Source of the DNA: Chloroflexota bacterium | GTDB lineage: Bacteria > Chloroflexota > Limnocylindria > Limnocylindrales > CSP1-4 | Length of the DNA stretch: 38,489 nt | Direction of reading: 5' to 3' | Assembly: GCA_025935655.1 (NCBI GenBank) | Contig: JAICUV010000002.1 | Location: 1 to 38,489, forward strand | Shown here: positions 8,921 to 17,514 of the stretch, piece by piece | How the letters are laid out: each line of letters starts with the position of its first letter | Position numbering within the stretch: the stretch's first letter is position 1 | Program-made: the position numbers and the translations under genes | The notes under the pieces: generated by a model | Database searches by the model: none | Told to the model about the DNA's origin: nothing | What the model saw: the letters and a program-made list of their open reading frames with translations, nothing else

Positions 8921-10363
8921 CTACAGGTTCGCCGGTCGAGTCCCCAGGGTGACGGGGAGGGTCACCTGCTTGCCGTCCCGGAGGACGACGAGGTTCACGA
9001 CCTCGTCCGGCTTGAACTGGACGAGCAGGGCGTCGAGCGGGTGCTCCTGGTCGATCTGGATCCCGTTGATCGAGACGATCACGTCGCCGTCCTTGAGCCC
9101 GGCCTGCGCCGCGGGGCTGCCCTCGACGATTGCCGAGCCGCCGGCGGCACCGGTCGAGACGTAGGCGCCGTTGTCGACGGTCAGGCTGTAGGCCTTCTTG
9201 ACCTTCTGGTCGATCGACTCGAACCGGATCCCGATCCACGGACGCGTGAGCGCCTCGCCGGCGACGGCCTGCTCCATGATCGGCTTGGCGATGTCGATCG
9301 GGATGGCGAAGCCGATGCCCGACGAGTCGGTGGCGACCGCGGTGTTGATGCCCACGACCGCGCCCGTGGCGTCCACCAGCGGCCCGCCCGAATTGCCGGG
9401 GTTGATGGCCGCGTCCGTCTGGAGCAGGTTGGTGATGCGCTGGCCGCTGTCGACGGCGATGTCGCGGCCCTTGCCGGACAGGATGCCGCTCGTCACCGAG
9501 AACGAGTACATGCCCAGGGGGGACCCGATGGCGACCACCAGCTGGCCGATCTTGAGCCCGTCGGAGGTGCCGATGGGAGCGACCGGGAGGTTCGGCTCGT
9601 CGACCTTGACGATCGCGAGGTCGGTCAGCGAGTCCGTGCCGTAGACGCGGCCCTGGAACTCGCGGCCGTCCTTGAGCTCCACCTGGACGGTGTTGTTCGT
9701 CGCGCCCTCGACGACGTGCCGGTTGGTCAGGATCCAGCCGTTGGCATCGTAGATGACGCCCGAGCCGACGCCCGTGCTCGGGATGCCGGTGCCGAAGTTG
9801 CCGGTGTCGCCGTTCGTGGTCGTCGTGATCTTGACCACGGCCGGGCCGGCCTTCGCGGCGGCGTCGATGACCGCCGACGACTCGTCGATGGTCACCGGGA
9901 CCTGGGCGCCGGTCTGCTGGGTGGTGGCGGCCTGGGCCGTCGTCACGGGGCGATCGAGCGCGCCGGTGCCATCGAGGATCGCGACCGTCCCGCCCGCCGC
10001 GAGGACGGCCGACAGCAGCGACGCCGTGACGACCGTCCCGACGCCCGCGCCGCCCCGGCGCTTCGGCATGGTCGGCTGGACGGGCGCGCTGTACGCGGGC
10101 GGCGGCGTCGCGGCGCCGGAGGCGGCCCCGGCGCCCCATGCCGCGGTGCCGGGCGGGGTGAGCGGCGGCTCCGCGGGTGCCGGCTGCGACCAGCGATCCT
10201 GGGGTGCCTGCGAGCCGGATCCCGGTGACGCCCAGGCCCAGCGTGCGTCGGGCCGTGGGTCCGGGGCGGGCGAGTAGCGCGCGACGTCGATGCGCTGGGT
10301 GGCGTCCAGCGGATCGGGACTGCCGGCGCCCTGGGGGGTGCTCGGCGTGGGCTCGTCGTTCAT
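8921..10363 (-). CDS. htrA: HtrA/DegP-family serine protease with C-terminal PDZ domain (PepD-like)
   Basis: Catalytic triad contexts TNRHVV, DLAIVKV and GNSGGPLVD. PDZ segment GSPAAQAGLKDGDVIVSINGIQI. Pro-rich N-terminus followed by a TM anchor. Confidence 0.9.
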   Translation of the reverse strand: MNDEPTPSTPQGAGSPDPLDATQRIDVARYSPAPDPRPDARWAWASPGSGSQAPQDRWSQPAPAEPPLTPPGTAAWGAGAASGAATPPPAYSAPVQPTMPKRRGGAGVGTVVTASLLSAVLAAGGTVAILDGTGALDRPVTTAQAATTQQTGAQVPVTIDESSAVIDAAAKAGPAVVKITTTTNGDTGNFGTGIPSTGVGSGVIYDANGWILTNRHVVEGATNNTVQVELKDGREFQGRVYGTDSLTDLAIVKVDEPNLPVAPIGTSDGLKIGQLVVAIGSPLGMYSFSVTSGILSGKGRDIAVDSGQRITNLLQTDAAINPGNSGGPLVDATGAVVGINTAVATDSSGIGFAIPIDIAKPIMEQAVAGEALTRPWIGIRFESIDQKVKKAYSLTVDNGAYVSTGAAGGSAIVEGSPAAQAGLKDGDVIVSINGIQIDQEHPLDALLVQFKPDEVVNLVVLRDGKQVTLPVTLGTRPANL

Positions 10364-10428
10364 GGGATGGGCGGTCTTCTCTCTGGCTCGGCGGCGCGGT
10401 CGTCACGGATGACGGCCGGGGCCACGGT

Positions 10429-12192
10429 CTAGGGTGCCCCGCCCGGGTTCAGCGGCGGGGGAGCGATCGGTGAAGAATCATCCACCTTTCCGCGTTCCGG
10501 TGCCGCCGGCGGCGCCCACGACCCGGTTGCCGGTTCCTCGTCCGGCCGCGGCGGCTCCACCTCCACGACCTCGCGGGGGTCCCGGGGCAGCTCCACGACG
10601 AAGCGCGATCCGACGCCGCGCCGGCTCTCGACCGCGATCGACCCGTGGTGCATGTCCACGATCGACTTGACGATGGCGAGGCCGAGGCCGGACCCGGTGG
10701 ACCTGGCCTCGTTCGCCTCCGCACCGCGGTAGAAGCGCTCGAAGATCCGGGGCAGCTCGTCGGGCGCCATGCCCACGCCCGTGTCCATGACCTCGATCCT
10801 GGCGCCGCCGCCGGCCTCGGCCCTGGCCACGACGCGGATGTCACCGCCGGCGGGCGTGAACTTGATCGCGTTGCCCACCAGGTTGCTGACGATCTGCCCG
10901 ACGCGCGGCGGGTCATGGCGGATCCGGAGCGGACGATCGGGGACGGACGCCGTGAGGGTGATCCCCTTGCGCTCCGCGGTGGCGCGCTGCTGCTCCACGG
11001 CGGACTCGATGGTGGCCCGCACATCCTCCGGCCGGAGGTCCAGGAGCACGAGGCCGCTGTCCAGCTTCGAGAGCTCCAGCAGGTTCTGGGCGAGCCAGTC
11101 CAGCCGGTCCAGCTGCTGGGCGGACGAGTGGAGGAACTCCGCGCGCGCGGCCTCGTCGCGTCCGGCCGGACCCTGGAGCAGCTCGACGTGCATCTTCATG
11201 GCCGCGATGGGCGTGCGCAGCTCGTGGCTGACATCGGCGGCGAAGTCGCGGCTGTAGTCACGGTCGCGGCGGATGATGTTGACGCTCTCCTCCAGCCGGT
11301 CCGCCATCGCGTTGAACTGCTGGCTGAGCTCGCGGATCTCGAGCGTGCCCGTGGACAGCTCGTCCGAGGCGACGCGCGACCCGAGGTCCCCGTCCGCGAG
11401 CCGGCGGCTCGCCTCCGTCAGGCGGGTCAGCGGCGTCGTGAACCGGTGGGCGAGGAACGCCGCGACGAGCACCGCCACGAGGAACGCGACGCTGGCCATG
11501 ATGAGGATCAGGGCCGTCACGTTGGCGAGCGTCGCGGCGCGGCTGGTATACGGGTTCGACAGCGTCACGAGCAGCCCCCAAGCGGGCGTGTCGTTGACCT
11601 TGTACTCGACGTCCTGGGGCGCGATGGCCGGGTCGCGGACCTGGCCGGGGTCGCCGCGGCCCTGGAGCTGCGCCGTGAACACCAGGTCGGGATCGGGCAT
11701 GACGACCGGGACGCCGTCCGTGTCCGGGCCCACCAGGCCCACGGCGACGGACGTGTCGGCCTGCGCGATCCTGCTGGCCGTGAGGTCCAGCACCTGGAAG
11801 TCGCCCTCGAGGACGGCCCGCGCCCTGGGGTTGAGGACGATGGTGCCGTCGGCGAGCTCGCGGACGACCGACTGGTTGTCGGGGACGGACGCGATCATGA
11901 ACGCCGCGAGGATCTGCGCCGTCGCGTCTGCCCGGGATCGCAGGCCCTGCTCCTCGAGCTGCCGGAAGTAGTCGTCGAGGCGGTTGATGACGACCGGCGC
12001 GACCAGCACGAGCGTGAGCGCGACGACGCCCATGAACGCGAACGTGAGGCGCGTCTGGAAGGACTGCGGGACCGACGGGCGGAGCTGGCGGGCGTCTCGC
12101 GCCTGGGGCTCCCAGCCGGAGTCGAACCGGTGCCCCTCCGGCGCGGGGGTCGGAGCGGGCGCCGCCGGGTCCGGTCCCCGAGCGTCGGCCAT
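10429..12192 (-). CDS. mprB: two-component sensor histidine kinase (HAMP-HisKA-HATPase, MprB-like)
   Basis: Two TM helices, H-box SHELRTPIAAM, N-box NLVGNAIKFT, and G-boxes DTGVGM / GSGLGLAIV. The start is 1 nt after the regulator's stop. Confidence 0.88.
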   Translation of the reverse strand: MADARGPDPAAPAPTPAPEGHRFDSGWEPQARDARQLRPSVPQSFQTRLTFAFMGVVALTLVLVAPVVINRLDDYFRQLEEQGLRSRADATAQILAAFMIASVPDNQSVVRELADGTIVLNPRARAVLEGDFQVLDLTASRIAQADTSVAVGLVGPDTDGVPVVMPDPDLVFTAQLQGRGDPGQVRDPAIAPQDVEYKVNDTPAWGLLVTLSNPYTSRAATLANVTALILIMASVAFLVAVLVAAFLAHRFTTPLTRLTEASRRLADGDLGSRVASDELSTGTLEIRELSQQFNAMADRLEESVNIIRRDRDYSRDFAADVSHELRTPIAAMKMHVELLQGPAGRDEAARAEFLHSSAQQLDRLDWLAQNLLELSKLDSGLVLLDLRPEDVRATIESAVEQQRATAERKGITLTASVPDRPLRIRHDPPRVGQIVSNLVGNAIKFTPAGGDIRVVARAEAGGGARIEVMDTGVGMAPDELPRIFERFYRGAEANEARSTGSGLGLAIVKSIVDMHHGSIAVESRRGVGSRFVVELPRDPREVVEVEPPRPDEEPATGSWAPPAAPERGKVDDSSPIAPPPLNPGGAP

Positions 12193-12193
12193 G

Positions 12194-12889
12194 TCAGCGC
12201 TCGGCGAACTGGTAGCCGGCGCCCCGGACCGTGAGCACGAACTGCGGCAGGGAGGGGTCGTCCTCGATCTTCTCGCGGAGGTGGCTCACGTGGACGTTGA
12301 TCGTCTTCTCGTCCTGGTCGAGCGCCTCGTAGTCGCGCAGCAGCTCCAGGAGCTCGCGGCGCGAGAACACGCGGCCGGGCCGGCTGGCGAGATGGCGCAG
12401 GATCTCGAACTCGGTCGCGGTGAGCCCGATCCGCCGCGTGCCGCGCTGGACGCGCCGGCGCTCGAGGTCGATGACGAGGTCGCCGTGGCGGATGACGCGG
12501 CCACCGGCCGCGTTCGCGAGGTCGCCATAGGCGCGACGGAGGAGCGCGCGGATGCGGCTGAGCAGCTCCCGCAGCGCGAACGGCTTGGTGACGTAGTCGT
12601 CCGCGCCGAGCTCGAGGCCGACGACCTTGTCGAACTCGTCGCCGCGTGCGGTGAGGAACAGGACCGGCGCCTTGGAGCCCGAGGCACGGAGGCGGCGGAG
12701 CACCTCGAACCCGTCGATGCCGGGCAGCTTGACGTCGAGGACGATCAGGTCCGGGGCCTGGGTGGTGGCGTACTCCAGGCCGTCCTCGCCCGAGCGCGCG
12801 ACGGCGACCTCGTACCCCTCGGTCTGGAGGGCGTACTCGATGCCCCGCGCGACGGCGAACTCGTCTTCGACGATCAGGATGGTGGCCAC
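12194..12889 (-). CDS. mprA: OmpR-family response regulator (MprA-like)
   Basis: Receiver motifs ILIVEDE, LIVLDVKLPGIDG, LFLTARG. Winged-helix motifs LTATEFEILRHLA and GAGYQF. GTG 12889 gives the usual N-terminus; the 286-aa ORF-track version adds implausible leader residues. Confidence 0.88.
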   Translation of the reverse strand: MATILIVEDEFAVARGIEYALQTEGYEVAVARSGEDGLEYATTQAPDLIVLDVKLPGIDGFEVLRRLRASGSKAPVLFLTARGDEFDKVVGLELGADDYVTKPFALRELLSRIRALLRRAYGDLANAAGGRVIRHGDLVIDLERRRVQRGTRRIGLTATEFEILRHLASRPGRVFSRRELLELLRDYEALDQDEKTINVHVSHLREKIEDDPSLPQFVLTVRGAGYQFAER

Positions 12890-13073
12890 GGCGCCGCGAT
12901 CGTACAGGCTTCGGGGTTCCCCCGGGTCGGGGACGAGCGTGGGAAGGGGTCCCGGGGGCCGCGTGTGGTAGCCTCCCCGGGACACGCGCACGCGGGCGAG
13001 GCCGCCCGCCGCGACCGGGCGCCGCCCAGACCCGAGGGCCGGATCGCCCGCCACCAGAGAGGTTCTTCACACC

Positions 13074-13733
13074 ATGGCTGACCGTCCCGCGCTCGCGGCC
13101 GAGCGCCGCACCGTGACCGGCAAGGCCGTCTCCCGTCTCCGCGAGGATGGCCGCCTGCCCGGCGTCGTCTTCGGGCACGGCACCGACTCCGAGCCCGTCT
13201 CCATCGACGCCCACGAGTTCGAGCAGCTGCGCAAGCACGCCGGCGCCTCCACCCTCGTCGACCTCAAGGTCGAGGGCGGCAAGGCACGGCCCGTGCTGAT
13301 CAGCGGCATCCAGGTCCACCCGGTGAACCGCCGGCCGCTGCACGTGGACCTGTTCGCCGTCCGGATGACGGAGGAGCTCACCGTCGAGGTCCAGCTCGTG
13401 GGCACGGGCGTCCCGGCCGCGGTCGAGAACGGCGGCACGCTCGTCCACCCGACCTCGAGCGTCAAGGTCCGCGCGCTGCCGGCCAACCTGCCCGACTCGC
13501 TGACGTACGACCTGTCGCCGCTGGTCGACTTCGACACGACGATCACGGTCGCCGACCTCGTCGTGCCGGAAGGCGTCACGATCCAGGCCGACCCGGCCGA
13601 GGTCATCGCCCGCGTCCTTGCGCCGCGCGTCGAGGAGGCCGTCACCGAGGCCGCCGAGGGCGAGGCCGCCGAGGGCGCCGCAGAGGGCGAGTCCACCGAG
13701 GCAGCCGCCGAGGGCGAGTCCGCCGAGGGCTGA
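13074..13733 (+). CDS. rplY: 50S ribosomal protein L25 / general stress protein Ctc
   Basis: RTVTGKAVSRLREDGRLPGVVFGHG and VHPV motifs, and an acidic Ala/Glu/Gly-rich C-terminal tail. GAGAGG SD upstream. Confidence 0.88.
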   Translation: MADRPALAAERRTVTGKAVSRLREDGRLPGVVFGHGTDSEPVSIDAHEFEQLRKHAGASTLVDLKVEGGKARPVLISGIQVHPVNRRPLHVDLFAVRMTEELTVEVQLVGTGVPAAVENGGTLVHPTSSVKVRALPANLPDSLTYDLSPLVDFDTTITVADLVVPEGVTIQADPAEVIARVLAPRVEEAVTEAAEGEAAEGAAEGESTEAAAEGESAEG

Positions 13734-13768
13734 TCCGCGCGGCAGTGCCGCATCAACGTCGCGTTCGG

Positions 13769-13800
13769 AGCCGGCCCCCAGGGCCGGCTTCGTCGTGTGT
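13769..13800 (+). terminator. intrinsic terminator candidate after rplY
   Basis: Perfect 9-bp stem agccggccc / gggccggct with a 3-nt loop (13769-13789), followed by the T-enriched run tcgtcgtgtgtt, 36 nt after the stop. Confidence 0.6.
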
Positions 13801-13983
13801 TGGCCGGTGGTGCGGGTCGCGGCGTGGTTCTGGGTGCCCGTGCGTCGTGCGCAGCGGTCGTGGCCCGGCGGGCGTGCCCGCGCTCACGCGTTCGCTCGCT
13901 CCACGCGTTCGCGCTCCTCGCCGCACCCGCCCGCATCCCCGCGCGCTCCGCACGAGTCGCGGGTCGCCCTTGGGCCGCCCGGC

Positions 13984-14089
13984 GTTCCAACTGGCGGTTG
14001 GGTCGCTCGGTTGGAACACCCGGCGGTCCATCCGTCGACGATCACCCCAGGTGGAACGCGCCTGGTTCCAACCAGCGGTTGGGGCCGCT
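13984..14089. repeat. two copies of a hairpin-forming unit of about 24 nt (GTTCCAAC-NN-GCGGTTGGG...GCT) with additional GTTGGAAC/TGGAAC partners
   Basis: 13984-14007 is gttccaactggcggttgggtcgct and 14065-14089 is gttccaaccagcggttggggccgct. The complementary GTTGGAAC is at 14010-14017 and TGGAAC at 14052-14057. The region has no protein-like ORF. Confidence 0.7.
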
Positions 14090-14233
14090 GCTTGGGTCGC
14101 CACGCGGTCCACGCGGGGCGGGATGCCACGAGTGCGCCGGGTGCGGACTGGAACTGGCCAGGGACCTGGCGGGACCGGACGGAACCACGGCGCGCCGGAC
14201 CACGTGAGCACGCCGCGATCCGAACGCGCGACG

Positions 14234-15100
14234 TCAGCGGGTCCGGACGCCCGAGGCGTACACGATCGGCAGGCGCATCACCAGGTCCTCGGGCCGCATG
14301 GCGTGCAGGCGCTCCAGCAGCCGGTGCTCGAGCGCCTCGCGCTGCTCGGCGGCCATGGTGGCGAACTCGTCCTCGTCGTCGAACCGGGTCACGAAGCCGA
14401 CGTACGCGTCGGGCGTGAACCGGTGCACGAGCTCGTCCGCCCGCGCCCGCGCACCCGAGAAGCCGGCGCGGCGCAGCTGGGCGACCGCGGCCGTGGGGGA
14501 GGGGACGTCATCGTTTCCCGGGTCGTCGTCGACGTCGTCAGCGGCCGCGTCCACATCGTCCTCGTCGTCCTCCCACCGCGGCTCGAGCCCCACGTCCCGC
14601 CGCGCCTCGTCGTAGGCGTCGTCACCCGCGAACCGCTCCCCGCCGCGCAGCCAGGTGACGTACGCCACCCGCCCGCCGGGCCGCAGGACGCGGCGCATCT
14701 CGCGCAGGGCCCGGAACCGCGAGGGCACGAGCTGGAGCACGAACGCCGACAGCACGAGGTCAAACGTGCCGTCCTCGAACGGCAGCCGGTCGGCCAGCGC
14801 CTGCGCGTACCGCAGCCGCGCCGCGTCCCCCGGCTCGAGGGTTGCAGCGATGCGTCGCGCGATCTCGAGCATCCCCGAGGACGCGTCGACGCCGTCGACC
14901 GCCACCGCCGGCCACCGCCGCAGCGCGTCGACCGCCATCGCGCCGGTGCCACAGCCCACGTCGAGGACCCGGCCCGCGCCCGCGGCGACGTCGGCCGCGA
15001 CCTCGTCGAGGAGGCCGAGCGTGCCCGGCCGGTGGACGGGCGACCACCACGCCGCGTACCCCTCCGCGATCCGGTCGTAGCGCGCCTCCTGGTCGGTCAC
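14234..15100 (-). CDS. class I SAM-dependent methyltransferase
   Basis: SAM motif I VLDVGCGTG, post-I acidic residue, and an LRPGG motif. An acidic insert (WEDDEDDVDAAADDVDDD) is present. GTG 15100 is chosen because ATG 15256 would overlap the divergent USP gene's start region. Confidence 0.8.
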   Translation of the reverse strand: MTDQEARYDRIAEGYAAWWSPVHRPGTLGLLDEVAADVAAGAGRVLDVGCGTGAMAVDALRRWPAVAVDGVDASSGMLEIARRIAATLEPGDAARLRYAQALADRLPFEDGTFDLVLSAFVLQLVPSRFRALREMRRVLRPGGRVAYVTWLRGGERFAGDDAYDEARRDVGLEPRWEDDEDDVDAAADDVDDDPGNDDVPSPTAAVAQLRRAGFSGARARADELVHRFTPDAYVGFVTRFDDEDEFATMAAEQREALEHRLLERLHAMRPEDLVMRLPIVYASGVRTR

Positions 15101-15254
15101 CCGCAGATCGTGCCACGTCGCTTTCGGGAACTTCGGCCCGGGTCGCCGGTTCCGGCGGCCGATGGCCCGGCCGGGCACACGGTGGATGCTGCGGAGCGTG
15201 GAGGGGCGTTTCCGGCGGCACGAACCCGCGAACGCGTCCGAAAGGGAGCCAGAC

Positions 15255-15656
15255 ATGAAGCGGATCCTGCTCGCCTACGACGGCACCGAGCCGGCCAAGC
15301 GAGCGCTCGCGCACACGATCCAGCTGGCGACGAGCTTCAACGCGCAGGTCGGCGTCATCAGCGTCGTCCCGCTGCGGGCGAGCCGGAACACCATCGACCC
15401 GTGGGACGATCGGTCCGTCCATGCCGAGGAGCTGCTCGAAGCGCGGTCCGAGCTCCGGCAGGCGGGGATCGAGCCCGAGCTGTATGAGCCGGGCGGCGAC
15501 CCTGCGAAGACCATCGAGCGCCTCGCCGAAGAGCACGACTACGACACGATCATCATCGGCTCGCGCGGGCTCTCCAGTGTCGCCCGGGCGCTGCAGGGCA
15601 GCGTCTCCGAGCACGTCGCCACGCACGCGAACGCCACCGTGGTGGTGGCCCGATGA
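15255..15656 (+). CDS. universal stress protein (UspA family)
   Basis: MKRILLAYDGTEPAKRAL... and the IIIGSRGLSSVARALQGSVSEHV ATP-binding type motif. AAAGGGAG SD lies 7 nt upstream of ATG 15255. Confidence 0.85.
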   Translation: MKRILLAYDGTEPAKRALAHTIQLATSFNAQVGVISVVPLRASRNTIDPWDDRSVHAEELLEARSELRQAGIEPELYEPGGDPAKTIERLAEEHDYDTIIIGSRGLSSVARALQGSVSEHVATHANATVVVAR

Positions 15657-17419
15657 CGCTCCTCGAGCCGCCGCCCGTTCCGGCAACCCCCCGCGGGCAC
15701 GCCCACCACCTCTCGCGCCCCATCCTCGACGCCCTGCGATCCGGCCACGGACCGGCCCCGGTGGTCCTCCGCGGCCTGGCGCTCCTGGCCGACCCGGTCC
15801 TCAACAAGGACGCGGCCTTCACCGAGGCGGAGCGCGACGCCCTCGGGCTCCGCGGCCTCCTCCCGCCGCGGGTCGTGGACATCGACCAGCAGGTGGTACT
15901 GGAGCTGGAGCACGTTCGCCACAAGACCGACGACCTCGAGCGCTACATCGGCCTCGCCGCCCTCCAGGACCGCAACGAGACGCTGTTCCACCGCGTCCTC
16001 GGCGATCACCTCGAGGAGCTGCTGCCGATCGTGTACACGCCCACGGTCGGGCGCGCCTGCCAGGAGTTCAGCCACCTCTACCGCCGCCCGCGCGGGGTCT
16101 GGATCACGCCCGACGACGTCGACCGCGTGCCCGAGATCCTCCGTCACGCGGCCCGCGACGAGATCCGCCTCATCGTCGTCACCGACAACGAGCGGATCCT
16201 GGGCCTCGGCGACCAGGGCGCCGGCGGCATGGGCATCCCCATCGGCAAGCTCGCGCTGTACTCGGCGGCCGCGGGCATCCATCCGGGTCTCACCCTGCCC
16301 GTGTCGCTCGACGTGGGGACCGACCGCGAGGCCCTGCTCGCCGACCCGCTCTACGTGGGCTGGCGGCATCCGCGCCTGCGGGGCGAGGCCTACGACGCCG
16401 TCGTCGAGGCGTTCGTCGCGGGCGTGCGCGAGGTCCATCCGCGGGCCGTCCTCCAGTGGGAGGACTTCAAGCAGCACAACGCGATCCGCCTGCTCGCCCG
16501 CTATCGCAACTGGGTGTGCAGCTTCAACGACGACATCCAGGGCACGGCGGCGATCGCCGTGGCGACCATCCTGTCCGCCCTGCGCTCGTCGGGCCAGTCG
16601 CTCGAGGACTCGCGCATCGTGCTCGCCGGGGCCGGCGCGGCCGGGACCGGCATCGCCCGCCTCCTGGCCGTGGCGATGGTCGATGCGGGCCGGAGTCCGG
16701 AGGAGGCGAGGGACTCCATCGCGGTCCTCGACTCGCACGGGCTCGTGGTCGAAGGACGGGCGGCGCTCGATGACGACAAGCGCGACGCGGCCGTGTCGCG
16801 CGCCCTCGTCACCTCGATCGGCCTGGATCCCGACGTCGCCATCGGACTCGAGGAGGTCGTCCGGGCGTTCCGTCCGAGCGTCCTGCTCGGGACGACGGGG
16901 ACCGGCGGCGCGTTCACCGAGGGCACGGTGCGCGCGATGGCCGCGGCCCACGAGCACCCGATCATCCTGCCGCTGTCGAACCCGACCATGAACACGGAGG
17001 CCCGTCCGGCCGACATCTTCGCGTGGACCGACGGCCGGGCCATCGTGGCCACGGGGAGCCCGTTCCCGCCGGTCGAGCTCGGCGGCTCGTCGCGGCGGAT
17101 CCCGCAGGCCAACAACGCGTACGTGTTCCCGGGGATCGGCCTCGGGGCGATCGTGTCCGAGGCCCGGACCCTGCCGGAGTCGGCCTTCCTGGTCGCCGCC
17201 CGTCGGCTCGCGGACCTCGCTCCCGGCGACGCCCAGGCGTCCGGCCAGCTGTTCCCGCCCATCGGGGACCTGCGCTCGGTGGCCCGGGAGATCGCGATCG
17301 CGGTCGTCGCGCACCTCGGCGAGCTGGGCGTGGGCCGGCGGTTCACGCCGGACCAGATCCCCGCTGCCGTCGAGGCGGCGATGTGGCGCCCCGACTACGT
17401 CCCGTACGAGGCCGTCTAG
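15653..17419 (+). CDS. NAD(P)-dependent malic enzyme (large form)
   Basis: Motifs YTPTVG, FNDDIQGTAA, the GAGAAGTGIA dinucleotide fold, and LSNPT; 588 aa. The ATG overlaps the USP stop (ATGA). Confidence 0.9.
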   Translation: MTLLEPPPVPATPRGHAHHLSRPILDALRSGHGPAPVVLRGLALLADPVLNKDAAFTEAERDALGLRGLLPPRVVDIDQQVVLELEHVRHKTDDLERYIGLAALQDRNETLFHRVLGDHLEELLPIVYTPTVGRACQEFSHLYRRPRGVWITPDDVDRVPEILRHAARDEIRLIVVTDNERILGLGDQGAGGMGIPIGKLALYSAAAGIHPGLTLPVSLDVGTDREALLADPLYVGWRHPRLRGEAYDAVVEAFVAGVREVHPRAVLQWEDFKQHNAIRLLARYRNWVCSFNDDIQGTAAIAVATILSALRSSGQSLEDSRIVLAGAGAAGTGIARLLAVAMVDAGRSPEEARDSIAVLDSHGLVVEGRAALDDDKRDAAVSRALVTSIGLDPDVAIGLEEVVRAFRPSVLLGTTGTGGAFTEGTVRAMAAAHEHPIILPLSNPTMNTEARPADIFAWTDGRAIVATGSPFPPVELGGSSRRIPQANNAYVFPGIGLGAIVSEARTLPESAFLVAARRLADLAPGDAQASGQLFPPIGDLRSVAREIAIAVVAHLGELGVGRRFTPDQIPAAVEAAMWRPDYVPYEAV

Positions 17420-17514
17420 CTCCCACACCTGTCCGCTCCGCGCAACACGACAACGGTACCCACGCGTCTCCGACCCGGCCGCAGCACCCGCGGCCCGCAG
17501 CCGGAGACCCGCCG

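Noticed and set aside
8838-10406. 522-aa and 446-aa ORFs overlapping htrA
   Set aside because: They are out-of-frame and antisense shadows of the HtrA gene, with no motifs and Arg/Gly/Asp-dominated composition.
13620-13733. Repeated GCCGAGGGCGAG units at the 3' end of rplY
   Set aside because: They encode the acidic Ala/Glu/Gly tail common in actinobacterial L25/Ctc proteins. This is low-complexity coding sequence, not an independent element.
14140-14200. SRP (4.5S) RNA domain IV similarity (GGACCGGACGGAACCACGG versus GGUCCGGAAGGAAGCAGC)
   Set aside because: The tetraloop would be GGAC rather than GNRA/GGAA. The symmetric-loop AGCA element is missing, and no flanking helix 8/5 pairing is evident. 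The resemblance is probably chance in GC-rich DNA.
13745-15487. 580-aa plus-strand ORF spanning the non-coding gap, the methyltransferase and the USP start
   Set aside because: It has no motifs, runs antisense to a well-supported methyltransferase, and has no codon bias in the gap portion.
15539-17428. 629-aa minus-strand ORF and other long ORFs overlapping the malic enzyme gene
   Set aside because: These are shadow ORFs with no motifs and antisense-type composition. The plus-strand frame has the complete malic enzyme signature set.
17023-17514. N-terminal 164 aa of the 716-aa ORF-track entry for the DUF4153-like gene
   Set aside because: This part overlaps the 3' end of the malic enzyme gene in another frame and is Arg/Pro/Gly junk. 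The hydrophobic protein begins at ATG 17515.
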